Source: Calditrichaceae bacterium
Lineage (GTDB): Bacteria > Calditrichota > Calditrichia > Calditrichales > JBFXGD01
NCBI GenBank assembly: GCA_050173015.1
Contig: JBFXLE010000005.1
Coordinates: 128,001 to 192,000, forward strand
Direction: 5' to 3'
Length of the DNA: 64,000 bases
Within the stretch, counting starts at the first letter, position 1. Each line of letters opens with the position of its first letter. Position numbers and translations under genes: made by a program. Of this stretch, positions 32,950 through 45,210 are shown piece by piece. The notes under the pieces are model-generated. The model was not told the DNA's origin and made no database searches. It saw only the letters and a list, made by a program, of their open reading frames with translations.

Positions 32950-33077
32950 CGCTAACAATCCATAAAAATCATCGCTAAACTTCTGCAATTTTAGAAATTT
33001 CTTTTTCTCTTTAATCGTTATGTCTTTTAGTTATGTTTCTGCTTTATTCCTAACGCCTTTGATGCTCAATGTTAGCA
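32950..33077 (+). other. Degenerate attC-like site 5
   Basis: CGCTAAC AATCCATAAAA ... TTTGATG CTCAAT GTTAGCA; 128 bp, weak internal pairing. Confidence 0.55.
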
Positions 33078-33128
33078 GGAAGGCTGGAAGCCACGAAAGA
33101 AACGATAAACTTTAGATCTATAACTTAA

Positions 33129-35318
<2,190 letters not shown>

Positions 35319-35325
35319 ACCCGGC

Positions 35326-35458
35326 TGCTAACACCATATATAAATAATGGCGGGGCTTGCAGCGTATTAAAGCGTTCTGCCCCGCCATTAACTTTTGTGG
35401 CAATTTGACGGGATTCAGCCCCGAAGTCCGCCACTACACATATGCGTAACCGTTAAAT
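35326..35458 (+). other. attC-like site 6
   Basis: TGCTAAC ACCATATAT..TGGCGG / CCGCCA CTACACATATG CGTAACC GTTAAAT. Confidence 0.85.
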
Positions 35459-35622
35459 TGATTATCAATATTGCGTATATCAAGGACATTTACCCGGAAA
35501 AAATACGCGGTTCCGCTCTTTTAATTGCATCAATTCGTTCTGGTTTATAGGTTTTCATTGAGTCCTACGCCGATTTGCTCACCTCCGGTTAAACCCAATC
35601 CGTAATGCGCCGAATTACTTAG

Positions 35623-35750
35623 CAAAACTCTTAGACCTTATTTTTGTTATCTTTAACCTTAGTAGAATAAACGCGACAAAAATACAAAACCTTATTATCT
35701 TATCCGCTTTACAAATCAGACTAGCAATCTTTCATACATTTTGTATCCAG
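35623..35750. repeat. 128-bp imperfect direct repeat, copy 2
   Basis: Matches 25028-25155. Confidence 0.9.
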
Positions 35751-35892
35751 CTCGTCGTTCTCTCCCTGAACAAACCCAAATCGTCCGGGGAATAGAAACC
35801 CGCCTATCGATTGGCGACAAAATAGAGCAAAGCATAAATTGAGCATAGTAAACGGGAAAAAGATTACGAGCCTGACCAAAAATATATAAACA

Positions 35893-36960
35893 GATAATAA
35901 TATCATCCCTTTGGGGTTAGATATAATCAATGTACCATTTAGCTACAATAATTTCAGCCCTTCGGTATTAAATAAACCAAATCAAATCCCGAAAGAATAA
36001 AAATATCTATTTGAATGGCTTGAAGAATGATGCCACCCCTCCGGGGTTTGGTATAATCGATAAACCATATATCTATAATAATATCAGCCCTTCGGGCTTA
36101 TAAAACCAAACCAAATCCCGATGGGATGACGTGATTATAGGTGAAATAACCAACAAACTAAAATCCCAAAGGGGTGACATGATTATAGGATGAGATATTC
36201 ACAAAATATAAACCCCGAAGGGGTGAGATTATTATAAAGGGGAGATTATTGTAGAGATGAGATAACCACAAAATCCAAAATCCCGAAGGGATGATATGAT
36301 TATAGATGTGACAAGATTGAAAAAAACAAACCACAAAATCCAAACCCCGAAGGGGTGTCATTATTATAGAGATAATGTGATTATAGGATCAAATAATCAC
36401 AAAATCCAAAACCCCGAAGGGGTGACATGATTATAGGATGAGATATTCACAAAATATAAACCCCGAAGGGGTGAAATTATTATAGAGATGAGATAACCAC
36501 AAGATCAAAAACCCCGAAGGGGTGACATGATTATAGATGTGACAAGATTGAAAAAAACAAACCACAAAATCCAAACCCCGAAGGGGTGACATTATTATAG
36601 AGATAATGTGATTATAGGATCAAATAATCACAAGATCCAAAATCCCGAAGGGATGATATGATTATAGATGTGACATGATTGAAAAAAACAAACCACAAAA
36701 TCCAAACCCCGAAGGGGTGCCATAATTATAGAGATAATGTGATTATAGGATCAAATAATCACAAAATCCAAAATCCCGAAGGGATGACATGATTATAGAT
36801 GTGACATGAATGTAAAAAACAAACCACAAAATCCAAACCCCGAAGGGGTGACATGATTATAGATGTGAAATGGTTATAAATGTGAGATGATTATAAAGAA
36901 CGAACAACAATATCCCGAAGGGTTGACATTATTATAGAAGTAACATTATTATAGGGTTGA
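35893..36960. repeat. REP-like hairpin array upstream of the RAYT: 4 inverted and 14 direct copies of a ~27-bp unit
   Basis: Consensus AAYCCCGAAGGGRTGACATKATTATAG; direct copies span 36114-36937. Confidence 0.92.
36001..36030 (+). pseudogene. Duplicated 3' end of the Y1 transposase gene
   Basis: Identical to 37441-37470 (KYLFEWLEE-stop). Confidence 0.8.
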
Positions 36961-37005
36961 CGTGGTTATGGGTGATGTGTTTTATAAAAATCCAGGGAGG
37001 ACGAT

Positions 37006-37470
37006 ATGTCCGGAACGTATTCACAAATCTACATACATATTGTTTTCGCCGTAAAAGGCCGTGGAAATATCATATCCAAAACATGGCAAAACGAATTGCA
37101 TAAATATCTAGCAGGTATCATTACCAACAAAGATCAAAAATCAATTATTGTAAACGGGGTGTCAGACCATGTTCATGTGTTTGTTGGCTTAAAGCCTTCA
37201 ATGCCTGTTTCAGATTTGGTTCGAGATATAAAAAACAACTCAACCAATTTTATAAATAAAAAAAATTTTGTGAGCGAAAAATTTGCATGGCAAGAAGGTT
37301 ACGGCGCTTTTTCATATGGTCATACACAAATTGAACAGGTATATAATTACATATTAAATCAGGAAGAACATCATCACAAAAAAACATTCAAAGAAGAATA
37401 CATGGAATTTCTTCGAAAAAACGAAATAGAGCATAATGAAAAATATCTATTTGAATGGCTTGAAGAATGA
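37006..37470 (+). CDS. tnpA: IS200/IS605-superfamily Y1 (HUH) transposase, REP-associated (RAYT-like)
   Basis: IHIVFAVKGR, DHVH (HUH), WQEGYGAFS, YILNQEEHH (catalytic Tyr); GGAGG RBS. Confidence 0.93.
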   Translation: MSGTYSQIYIHIVFAVKGRGNIISKTWQNELHKYLAGIITNKDQKSIIVNGVSDHVHVFVGLKPSMPVSDLVRDIKNNSTNFINKKNFVSEKFAWQEGYGAFSYGHTQIEQVYNYILNQEEHHHKKTFKEEYMEFLRKNEIEHNEKYLFEWLEE

Positions 37471-38272
37471 TGCCACCCCTTTGGGGTTTGAGAAAGACTA
37501 TAATCCATCTAGCTATAATAATATCAGCCCTTCGGGCTTAAAAAAAACCAAACCAAAATCCCGAAGGGGTGACATGATTATAGGATGAGATATTCACAAA
37601 ATATAAACCCCGAAGGGGTGAGATTATTATAGAGATAATGTGATTATAGGATCAAATAATCACAAGATCCAAAATCCCGAAGGGATGATATGATTATAGA
37701 TGTGACATGATTGAAAAAAACAAACCACAAAATCCAAACCCCGAAGGGGTGCCATAATTATAGAGATAATGTGATTATAGGATCAAATAATCACAAAATC
37801 CAAAATCCCGAAGGGATGACATAATTATAGATGTAAGACGATTATAAAGAACAAACAACGAAGACCAAAATCCCGAAGGGATGATATGATTATAGATGTG
37901 ACAAGATTGAAAAAAACAAACCACAAAATCCAAACCCCGAAGGGGTGTCATTATTATAGAGATGAGATAACCACAAGATCAAAAACCCCGAAGGGGTGAC
38001 ATGATTATAGATGTGACAAGATTGAAAAAAACAAACCACAAAATCCAAACCCCGAAGGGGTGACATTATTATAGAGATAATGTGATTATAGGATCAAATA
38101 ATCACAAGATCCAAAATCCCGAAGGGATGATATGATTATAGATGTGACAAGATTGAAAAAAACAAACCACAAAATCCAAACCCCGAAGGGGTGCCATTAT
38201 TATAGAGATAATGTGATTATAGGATCAAATAATCACAAGATCCAAAATCCCGAAGGGATGACATTATTATAG
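37466..38272. repeat. REP-like hairpin array downstream of the RAYT: 2 inverted and 12 direct copies
   Basis: Same unit and same spacer types as the upstream array. Confidence 0.92.
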
Positions 38273-38463
38273 ATGAAGAAAAATATTTGAAATCAGTACG
38301 TGGTGATAATTACATTGATAATAAAAAAAAGCAAACCGATATATGACAACAAATTAAACGCGAACGCGTAACAGCGTTTGCGCCGGCTGATAATTACGAA
38401 ACCCGCAATCTTAAACCATTTATACACGTAAACATTTACCAATCAAAAAAGACCGGGAAGAAC

Positions 38464-39129
38464 ATGACACTAAAAGAAACACTTGAACAGCTTAAATCGC
38501 TAAGCGATGAAAAGACAAGAGCCTACAATATTAAGAATGGTGTAGGCGAAAATCAGTATGGTGTAAAACTCGGCGACCTCCGAAAGGTGGCCAAAAAGAT
38601 AAAGACAAACCATGGCCTGGCCATTGAATTATGGGAAACAGAGAACTTCGACGCGCAAATGCTGGCAATGCTCCTCATCAAACCAGATGAACTTAAAGCC
38701 GGTGAATTGGATGCGATGGTGCGCTCTGTGAAATATACCCGGGTGGCGGACTGGCTGAACTCCTATGTGGTGAAACTCCACCCTGACAACGAAACACTAC
38801 GCCGGAAATGGATGAAGGACGCCAACCCCATGGCAGCCCGCGCAGGCTGGAACCTGACTTCCCAGCGTGTAGTAAAGAATCCTGAAATGGTAGATATACC
38901 GGCATTACTTGACCGTATTGAAAGCGAATTGGCTGCAGCCGCTCCGGAAGCGCAGTGGACCATGAACTTCTGTCTTGCCGAGATAGGCATCAACCATTCC
39001 GGGTACCGGCAGAGGGCCATTGATATTGGAGAAAAGTTGGGTGTGTATCGCGACTATCCCGTTTCAAAAGGTTGTACATCACCATTCGCCCCAATTTGGA
39101 TAAAAGAAATAGTTAGCAGACAAGAGTAA
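38464..39129 (+). CDS. DNA alkylation repair protein (AlkD-like HEAT family)
   Basis: GVKLGDLRKVAKKIK, ELWET, QWTMN, GCTSPFAPIWI. Confidence 0.8.
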   Translation: MTLKETLEQLKSLSDEKTRAYNIKNGVGENQYGVKLGDLRKVAKKIKTNHGLAIELWETENFDAQMLAMLLIKPDELKAGELDAMVRSVKYTRVADWLNSYVVKLHPDNETLRRKWMKDANPMAARAGWNLTSQRVVKNPEMVDIPALLDRIESELAAAAPEAQWTMNFCLAEIGINHSGYRQRAIDIGEKLGVYRDYPVSKGCTSPFAPIWIKEIVSRQE

Positions 39130-39306
39130 AAAAACCTGGCCCGACAACGGCTCAGAAAACATACGGATTGATGACATAGATGGAAGCATTTTCGATCTAA
39201 CAAAAACCATGTACACGACTGAAAAATACGTGATCTTCAACCCGCGCGTTGCTAAACCGGGACCGTTATGCTGAAAAAACGGAATAGTGCATTCACATTC
39301 CAAAAG

Positions 39307-41553
39307 TTAAATACTAAATAGGTATTGAAATTTCATAAAAAATTGTCGTGAGGTCTGCTCCCACCCGGCTTCGGTATAATCACGATAGTTATGCGATGAG
39401 CCCATATAAAATATGGTAAAGGGATTTAATTTATAACTCAATAACGGTTCTACAGAGAACCTGCTGTTGAAGTCGTTGTATTGAAAGACCAATCGTAAAA
39501 ACAACTCGCGCGTGAACTGCAAATTATTTCTCAGTCTGAAGATATACCCGCTAAATACTTTTTCATCATTGTCAAGCCGGTACATATCTGAGAAACGGAC
39601 GGCGGGTTCAATAATCCATCTTTGAGCCGGTTTAATGGTACCCCAAAATTCAAAATTGGTACCTCTTCCTTTTACGGGATCATCATCAAAACGGTTGGCA
39701 ATCATCCGCCCGGTTTGAAGCCAAAATCCGAGATGCAGCGGATCTGAAAAATCGGTATCAAATTCCATTTCAAAGCGGTTAATATCGGAAAATAGCTTAT
39801 CCTTGAATCGCTCGCTGTTGAATAAATAGGCGACACTAAAAAAGGTCTGTTTTTTAAAACGAAAAGAAAGTGATGGATTTATCCACTCGTCTTTTATGAT
39901 ACCATCATAATTCCAGACTCTTCCTGTACTGACACTTGGATTGATCCGGTTCAGATATTTGTTGTCAAAATAGAAGGTATATCCGTTCCACACGGAGGCC
40001 TGTCTGCGGTTACTGCTGGTAACAAAACCGTTATCTGCCCTAAATGTGGGTGATGTTTGCCTGAAATCAATATCAAAATTCCAGTGACGGGCATCTCTTT
40101 CAAAACTAGCGTAAACCGCGTTTCCGTTATATTCTTCTCCGTCAAAGGATGCGGAATAATTCCCGTCATCAAACCGGATACCATTCAATTCGCTTGTTCT
40201 GGATGTATCGTTTGGTTCAGCGGTTCTGCTGGTCACCGCCTGAACTTCAAGCCGGTAATTGTCAAGGAGTCGGAGGGATCCGTCAATTCCAATGGTGGTG
40301 CCGGATCCGCCACCGTCATAGCGCCGGTCCGTAATAATGGTTCCGAGATATGAATCTTCCAGGAAAGTTTGTTTAAATCTTAAGATATTGGATACACTGC
40401 GCTCCATCGGTACGAAGGAGCTCCGTTCCTCAAAAGGGAGAATCAGTGGTGTTGTTTCGTCGACGGCTGTGAGGAAGGCGAGTGTGGAACGCCGCCAGCG
40501 CCCGATAACTTTGCCCGCGGCAACCGGATCATTTATTGAGCGGGTGTAAACCACGTCAACCCATGTGGAGAATAAATCACTTCCCTCCAGGAAAAAAGGT
40601 CTTTTTTCGGAGAAACTCAACGCAAACGGCTGATTAATATCAATTTTGTCGGCATCGGATTCAACCTGGCTGAAATCGGGATTGTAGCTCCCTTCAACGG
40701 TAAGGCTTGGAGTGATGGTCCATTTAATTCCCAGGGACGCGTCACCATTAATGTCATGATTTTTGAAGTCGGAATCAGGATCAGATGGATCCTCAAGCGT
40801 AGCGGTCTGATTTGTAATCAAAGAAGGCAATAATTCAACTGATCTGCCGGATTCCACGTTTTTTATATTTTTCAAACTCCCGTATTGGCAAAGAAAGCAA
40901 GGATTATCCCGGTCAATTGCCGCCCACGAGTATGTGTTTCGGCTTTCCCGGGGATGTGTTCTCCAGAAATTGACGCGCCAGACCTGTTCATCGCGATCAG
41001 GGAAACGCAGGCTGGTAAACGGAATAGCCATTTCGACCTGATAGCCGGTTTCGGTAATTTTACCGTTGCTGGAAAATATGAGATCAAATCCGTCATCCTC
41101 GCCTGCGCTGCTTGAATAACGTGTATCACCCTGAACACCCAGAGGATTAGAAAATATAAAATATGCCCAGCTTGCATCGCCATAAGTATCTATGAGCAAC
41201 CCGATATAATCATCCGACCAAATCTGATCCCGATCCCTGAGAGAAGCTCTTATTTTCCGCGGATCATCTTCGCAGAGAAACGCCACGTAAAGGTTGGTGT
41301 CATCGTATGTCATAAGAACTTCGGTTTTTACGGGAGGTTTTGTCTGATCGCCCGGTTCAGTCTCACTAAAATTATTAGCGCGGATGGCATGCGACCAGCC
41401 GTCATCCGATAAATCCCCATCAATTATGATATTTCCCTGCAGGCGGGTCAGTGATAATTCAGGCGCGATATTCGGCCTAAAGGTCTCAGGTTTTTGTATG
41501 TCTCCGGCAAAAATAAATATTGGAATCAAACAAAGGAAAACAATATACTTCAT
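39307..41553 (-). CDS. CBM9-like + DUF5916-type outer membrane protein
   Basis: IDGDLSD, YDDTNLYVAF, EMAIPF..LRF, NPDFSQVE, EKRPFFLEG, terminal KFQYLF. Confidence 0.8.
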   Translation of the reverse strand: MKYIVFLCLIPIFIFAGDIQKPETFRPNIAPELSLTRLQGNIIIDGDLSDDGWSHAIRANNFSETEPGDQTKPPVKTEVLMTYDDTNLYVAFLCEDDPRKIRASLRDRDQIWSDDYIGLLIDTYGDASWAYFIFSNPLGVQGDTRYSSSAGEDDGFDLIFSSNGKITETGYQVEMAIPFTSLRFPDRDEQVWRVNFWRTHPRESRNTYSWAAIDRDNPCFLCQYGSLKNIKNVESGRSVELLPSLITNQTATLEDPSDPDSDFKNHDINGDASLGIKWTITPSLTVEGSYNPDFSQVESDADKIDINQPFALSFSEKRPFFLEGSDLFSTWVDVVYTRSINDPVAAGKVIGRWRRSTLAFLTAVDETTPLILPFEERSSFVPMERSVSNILRFKQTFLEDSYLGTIITDRRYDGGGSGTTIGIDGSLRLLDNYRLEVQAVTSRTAEPNDTSRTSELNGIRFDDGNYSASFDGEEYNGNAVYASFERDARHWNFDIDFRQTSPTFRADNGFVTSSNRRQASVWNGYTFYFDNKYLNRINPSVSTGRVWNYDGIIKDEWINPSLSFRFKKQTFFSVAYLFNSERFKDKLFSDINRFEMEFDTDFSDPLHLGFWLQTGRMIANRFDDDPVKGRGTNFEFWGTIKPAQRWIIEPAVRFSDMYRLDNDEKVFSGYIFRLRNNLQFTRELFLRLVFQYNDFNSRFSVEPLLSYKLNPFTIFYMGSSHNYRDYTEAGWEQTSRQFFMKFQYLFSI

Positions 41554-41792
41554 CGGATATACTTTTCTTGTTAAATCATTAAAAATTGAAGGTGATTTCT
41601 TTTCTTTCTACGGTAATAACCCATTTTTGTTGCCAAATATTTAACAAAATTAAAGCTGATATATTTTTGAATACCATAAATAGTGAATTTCAAATTGGTT
41701 GATATTTCCTGCGGGTTAGATTAACTTACTTGCTATGGTAATAGTTACAAATTTAGCTGTTTGATATAATTATTAAAACTCTCACAAGAAAG

Positions 41793-43310
41793 GTGACATT
41801 CATGAGATGGCAATTACCACGATCGACTCAAAATTGGATCACTCTCATTGGCGCCACAATAGCTATAATCAGTTTGTTTATGATTATATTTCTTTTTGTT
41901 GTATCCACTTTTTGGGTTTCGAACCATACCTATCTTGGGTTGGTTATATATATAATGCTTCCGGCTGTCATGATTATGGGGCTGTTGTTAATCCCTCTGG
42001 GAATGTTTGTTCAGATGAACCGGGAGAAGAAGCATAAAACGGTAATCAGACCGCCCTGGCCGCGCATAGATTTAAATGATTCGGTGCATCGAAACGCGTT
42101 TTTTATTTTCACCGTCGGGACAACAATTCTTCTGTTTTTGTCCGCGATCGGAAGTTATGAAGCATTTCATTTTACCGAGTCTGTTTCGTTTTGCGGAGAG
42201 ACCTGTCATTCCGTGATGCATCCGGAGTTTGTCGCGTATCAAAATTCCCCCCATGCCAGGGTGTCGTGCGTGGAGTGCCATGTGGGTTCGGGGGCAGACT
42301 GGTATGTGAGGTCCAAGATGTCCGGAACCTACCAGGTTTATGCCGTTCTCGCGGATGTATATCCGAAACCCATTCCAACCCCCATTGAAAATTTGCGACC
42401 GGCGAGAGAGACGTGTGAGCAATGCCACTGGCCGCAAAAGTTTTACTCCTTTAAAATCCGCCACGAAACCCATTATCTCTCAGATGAAAATAATACGCAG
42501 TGGGATATTGATCTGGTGATGAAAATCGGGGCCAAAAAATCGGCGCTCGGGCTTCAGGAAGGGATCCACTGGCATATAAATCCTGATATAAAAATTGAAT
42601 ATATCGCATCGGATAAGACAAGGGAAAAGCTGCCGTGGGTGCGCTATACCAACCGGAAAACAGGCGAAACAATTATATATAACGATCAGGATGAACCTCT
42701 TGATGAAGATCAGATAATGAATGGTGAAATGAGGACAATGGAGTGTATCGATTGCCATAACAGACCGTCGCATAATTACAGACCGCCGACCCTGTTTATC
42801 AACGAGGCCATGACTGCCGGGGCGATTCCAAAAGAACTGCCAAACATCAAGTCCGTGGCCATCGATCTGTGTGCCGAAGAATATTCAACAATGGATTCCG
42901 CGATGATGAGTATTGAAAAAGAAATCCATGAATATTACCGGGAAAATTACCCGGATATATACGAAAGTAAAACAGAACTGATCGGAATGGCGGTTACGGG
43001 TCTGCAGGAATCATTTTCAAAGAATATATTCCCGGAAATGAAGGTGAAATGGAGCGCCTACCCGAATCATATCGGGCATCTTGAATTCAACGGCTGTTTC
43101 CGCTGCCACAATGATACGCATACCAGCGAAAAGGGAGATATTATCAGGAAAGACTGCAACCTGTGTCATGTCATTAACGCCCAGGGGACTGCTGAAAATA
43201 TGGAAATCGGGCGAGTGGGGGACGCGCTTGAATTCAAGCATCCGGAAGATATTGATGAAGCCTGGAAGGAAATGCTGTGCATCGATTGTCATACAGGTTT
43301 AAATCCATAG
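41793..43310 (+). CDS. NapC/NirT-family multiheme cytochrome c
   Basis: Three N-terminal TM helices; six CxxCH motifs plus one CxxxCH. Confidence 0.88.
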   Translation: MTFMRWQLPRSTQNWITLIGATIAIISLFMIIFLFVVSTFWVSNHTYLGLVIYIMLPAVMIMGLLLIPLGMFVQMNREKKHKTVIRPPWPRIDLNDSVHRNAFFIFTVGTTILLFLSAIGSYEAFHFTESVSFCGETCHSVMHPEFVAYQNSPHARVSCVECHVGSGADWYVRSKMSGTYQVYAVLADVYPKPIPTPIENLRPARETCEQCHWPQKFYSFKIRHETHYLSDENNTQWDIDLVMKIGAKKSALGLQEGIHWHINPDIKIEYIASDKTREKLPWVRYTNRKTGETIIYNDQDEPLDEDQIMNGEMRTMECIDCHNRPSHNYRPPTLFINEAMTAGAIPKELPNIKSVAIDLCAEEYSTMDSAMMSIEKEIHEYYRENYPDIYESKTELIGMAVTGLQESFSKNIFPEMKVKWSAYPNHIGHLEFNGCFRCHNDTHTSEKGDIIRKDCNLCHVINAQGTAENMEIGRVGDALEFKHPEDIDEAWKEMLCIDCHTGLNP

Positions 43311-43340
43311 TAAAAATGACTCACATTGGCGTGAAATCGA

Positions 43341-43372
43341 CAAAAATAGCAGCTTCGGCTGCTATTTTTGTT
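43341..43372. terminator. Intrinsic terminator
   Basis: CAAAAATAGCAGC-TTCG-GCTGCTATTTTTG perfect hairpin. Confidence 0.85.
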
Positions 43373-43411
43373 TGAGCTGTCAATAATGAAATAATGTTCT
43401 AATTAGAAACA

Positions 43412-44383
43412 ATGCGTAAAATCAAACGTAAATACTTCGAAAGACAAAAAGGAGTTCCATTGTTTGCATTAGAAACACAAGGTCTGACAAAATACTATTC
43501 CGGCGGAAAAGTAAAAGCGCTGGAAGAATTTTCCCTGCAGGTGGAAAAAGGTAAAATATTCAGTTTACTGGGACCCAACGGGGCCGGTAAAACCACATTG
43601 ATCAAACTACTGCTTGGAATCGCATTCCCAACCCGCGGGACCGCGCAAATACTCGGCAAATCAATCAGAAATCACGAGATTCACAATGATATAGGTTATC
43701 TGGCGGAAAACCATCATTTCCCGAATTTTCTCTCCGCAAATCAGATTTTATATTATTATGGTAAAATGTCGGGCGTGCCGGCTGCCGATTCGAAAAACCG
43801 AATTCCGGAATTACTGGAAATTGTAAAGCTTTCAGAATGGGGAAACACTAAAATTAAAAATTTTTCAAAGGGAATGCTGCAACGTCTCGGTATCGCGCAG
43901 GCGTTGATCAATGATCCGCAGATCCTGTTTCTTGATGAACCAACCGACGGTATTGATCCGGTTGGGCGCAGAGAAGTGCGTGATTTGCTTTCTTCGCTGA
44001 GAAACGAGGGTAAAACAATCTTTCTTAATTCGCACCTGCTCTCCGAGGTTGAACGGGTTTCCGACGAGATCGCCATCCTGAAAAATGGGCGGCTGCTCCA
44101 AAAGGGACGGGTTCAGGATTTTATCAACATCAAAGAACAATATCAAATAAAACTCACAGACGGCGCGGAACGAATTGATTCCGTCTGCGGGCGTTTAAAC
44201 ATCTCCTTAAGCTCCCAAAACGGTTATCATATTGTCCATGTGGTTGATGATATACAGCTGAACAATCTGCTGGATCAATTGCGAAAAGGCGATAATCTGA
44301 TAAAGGAAGTGATACCAAGAAAAATATCGCTTGAAGAGTTCTTTATAGATGTGGTTGAAGATAAACCGGAGACGAGTAAATGA
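43412..44383 (+). CDS. ABC transporter ATP-binding protein
   Basis: GPNGAGKT, FSKGM, FLDEP, SH; true start may be the TTG at 43460. Confidence 0.93.
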   Translation: MRKIKRKYFERQKGVPLFALETQGLTKYYSGGKVKALEEFSLQVEKGKIFSLLGPNGAGKTTLIKLLLGIAFPTRGTAQILGKSIRNHEIHNDIGYLAENHHFPNFLSANQILYYYGKMSGVPAADSKNRIPELLEIVKLSEWGNTKIKNFSKGMLQRLGIAQALINDPQILFLDEPTDGIDPVGRREVRDLLSSLRNEGKTIFLNSHLLSEVERVSDEIAILKNGRLLQKGRVQDFINIKEQYQIKLTDGAERIDSVCGRLNISLSSQNGYHIVHVVDDIQLNNLLDQLRKGDNLIKEVIPRKISLEEFFIDVVEDKPETSK

Positions 44384-45201
44384 AGACATTGGCGATCATT
44401 CAACTGACATTCAGGGAATCTCTTGCAAAAAAAACATTCATTGCATTCTTTGGTATATCGACACTCGTTTGTTTGCTGTTTATTTTCGCGCTCAATCTCG
44501 ATATTGTTGACGGAGCACAGTCGTATATTTCTCTATTCGGGAAAGAAATTGAACAAGCCGTTCCTGTTCAGAAGATTATTCTGGGAATTGAGGGCGGCCT
44601 TGCGGTATTGCTATTTACGGGGGGATTGTTTTTATCCCTTTTCGCCACAAGCAATCTGATTCCTTCGATGCTCGAGCCGGGCAGTATTGACTTATTAATT
44701 TCCAAACCCGTTAGCCGGAGCAATATTCTTGCGGGCCGGTTTGCCGGAGGCGTGGCGATCGTGGCATTTAATGTGTTTTATCTTGTCGTATTCTCATGGT
44801 TAATTCTTTCGATCAAAACATCCGTTTGGAATTGGGGATTCTTGTTGGCCGGTGTAATGATCGTTATTACTTTCATCATTTTATTTACGCTTATGACTTT
44901 TCTCGGAATAGTGACGCGAAGCGGTCCGTTCTCATTAATGATTACTTATGCGATTCTTTTCTTCAGTCCCTTGTTATTACAACGGGATCAAATATACGCG
45001 TTATTATCGAATAAGATATATGGCTATATCCTTGACGGGTTGTATCATTTCTTCCCAAAAGCCGCGGAGCTTGGTGAAATTACGGAACGGCTGGTAAGAG
45101 GTGTCGATGTTGCGAGCTGGGTGCCTCTGTGGACGTCGCTTTTGTTTGGAGCTTTTATGATGATCACAACCGCAATCATTTTTGAAAAGAAAAATTTTTA
45201 G
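44380..45201 (+). CDS. ABC-2 type permease
   Basis: About six TM helices, LLISKPVSR; ATGA overlap with the ATPase gene. Confidence 0.85.
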   Translation: MKTLAIIQLTFRESLAKKTFIAFFGISTLVCLLFIFALNLDIVDGAQSYISLFGKEIEQAVPVQKIILGIEGGLAVLLFTGGLFLSLFATSNLIPSMLEPGSIDLLISKPVSRSNILAGRFAGGVAIVAFNVFYLVVFSWLILSIKTSVWNWGFLLAGVMIVITFIILFTLMTFLGIVTRSGPFSLMITYAILFFSPLLLQRDQIYALLSNKIYGYILDGLYHFFPKAAELGEITERLVRGVDVASWVPLWTSLLFGAFMMITTAIIFEKKNF

Positions 45202-45210
45202 GAGGTTGTA

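Noticed and set aside
33100-33125. OxyR box upstream of katG
   Set aside because: ATAA...CTAT spacing is 9 nt rather than the 7 nt of the ATAG-N7-CTAT pattern
36158-36361. 67-aa minus-strand ORF
   Set aside because: It is a translation of the repeat array (recurring PLRG/PSG)
37006-37470. IS605/TnpB or IscB RNA-guided element
   Set aside because: No RuvC or Zn-finger ORF next to tnpA
36114-38272. CRISPR array
   Set aside because: Spacers are reused and contain repeat-derived sequence, the repeats vary, no cas genes are in the window, and the arrays flank a Y1 transposase
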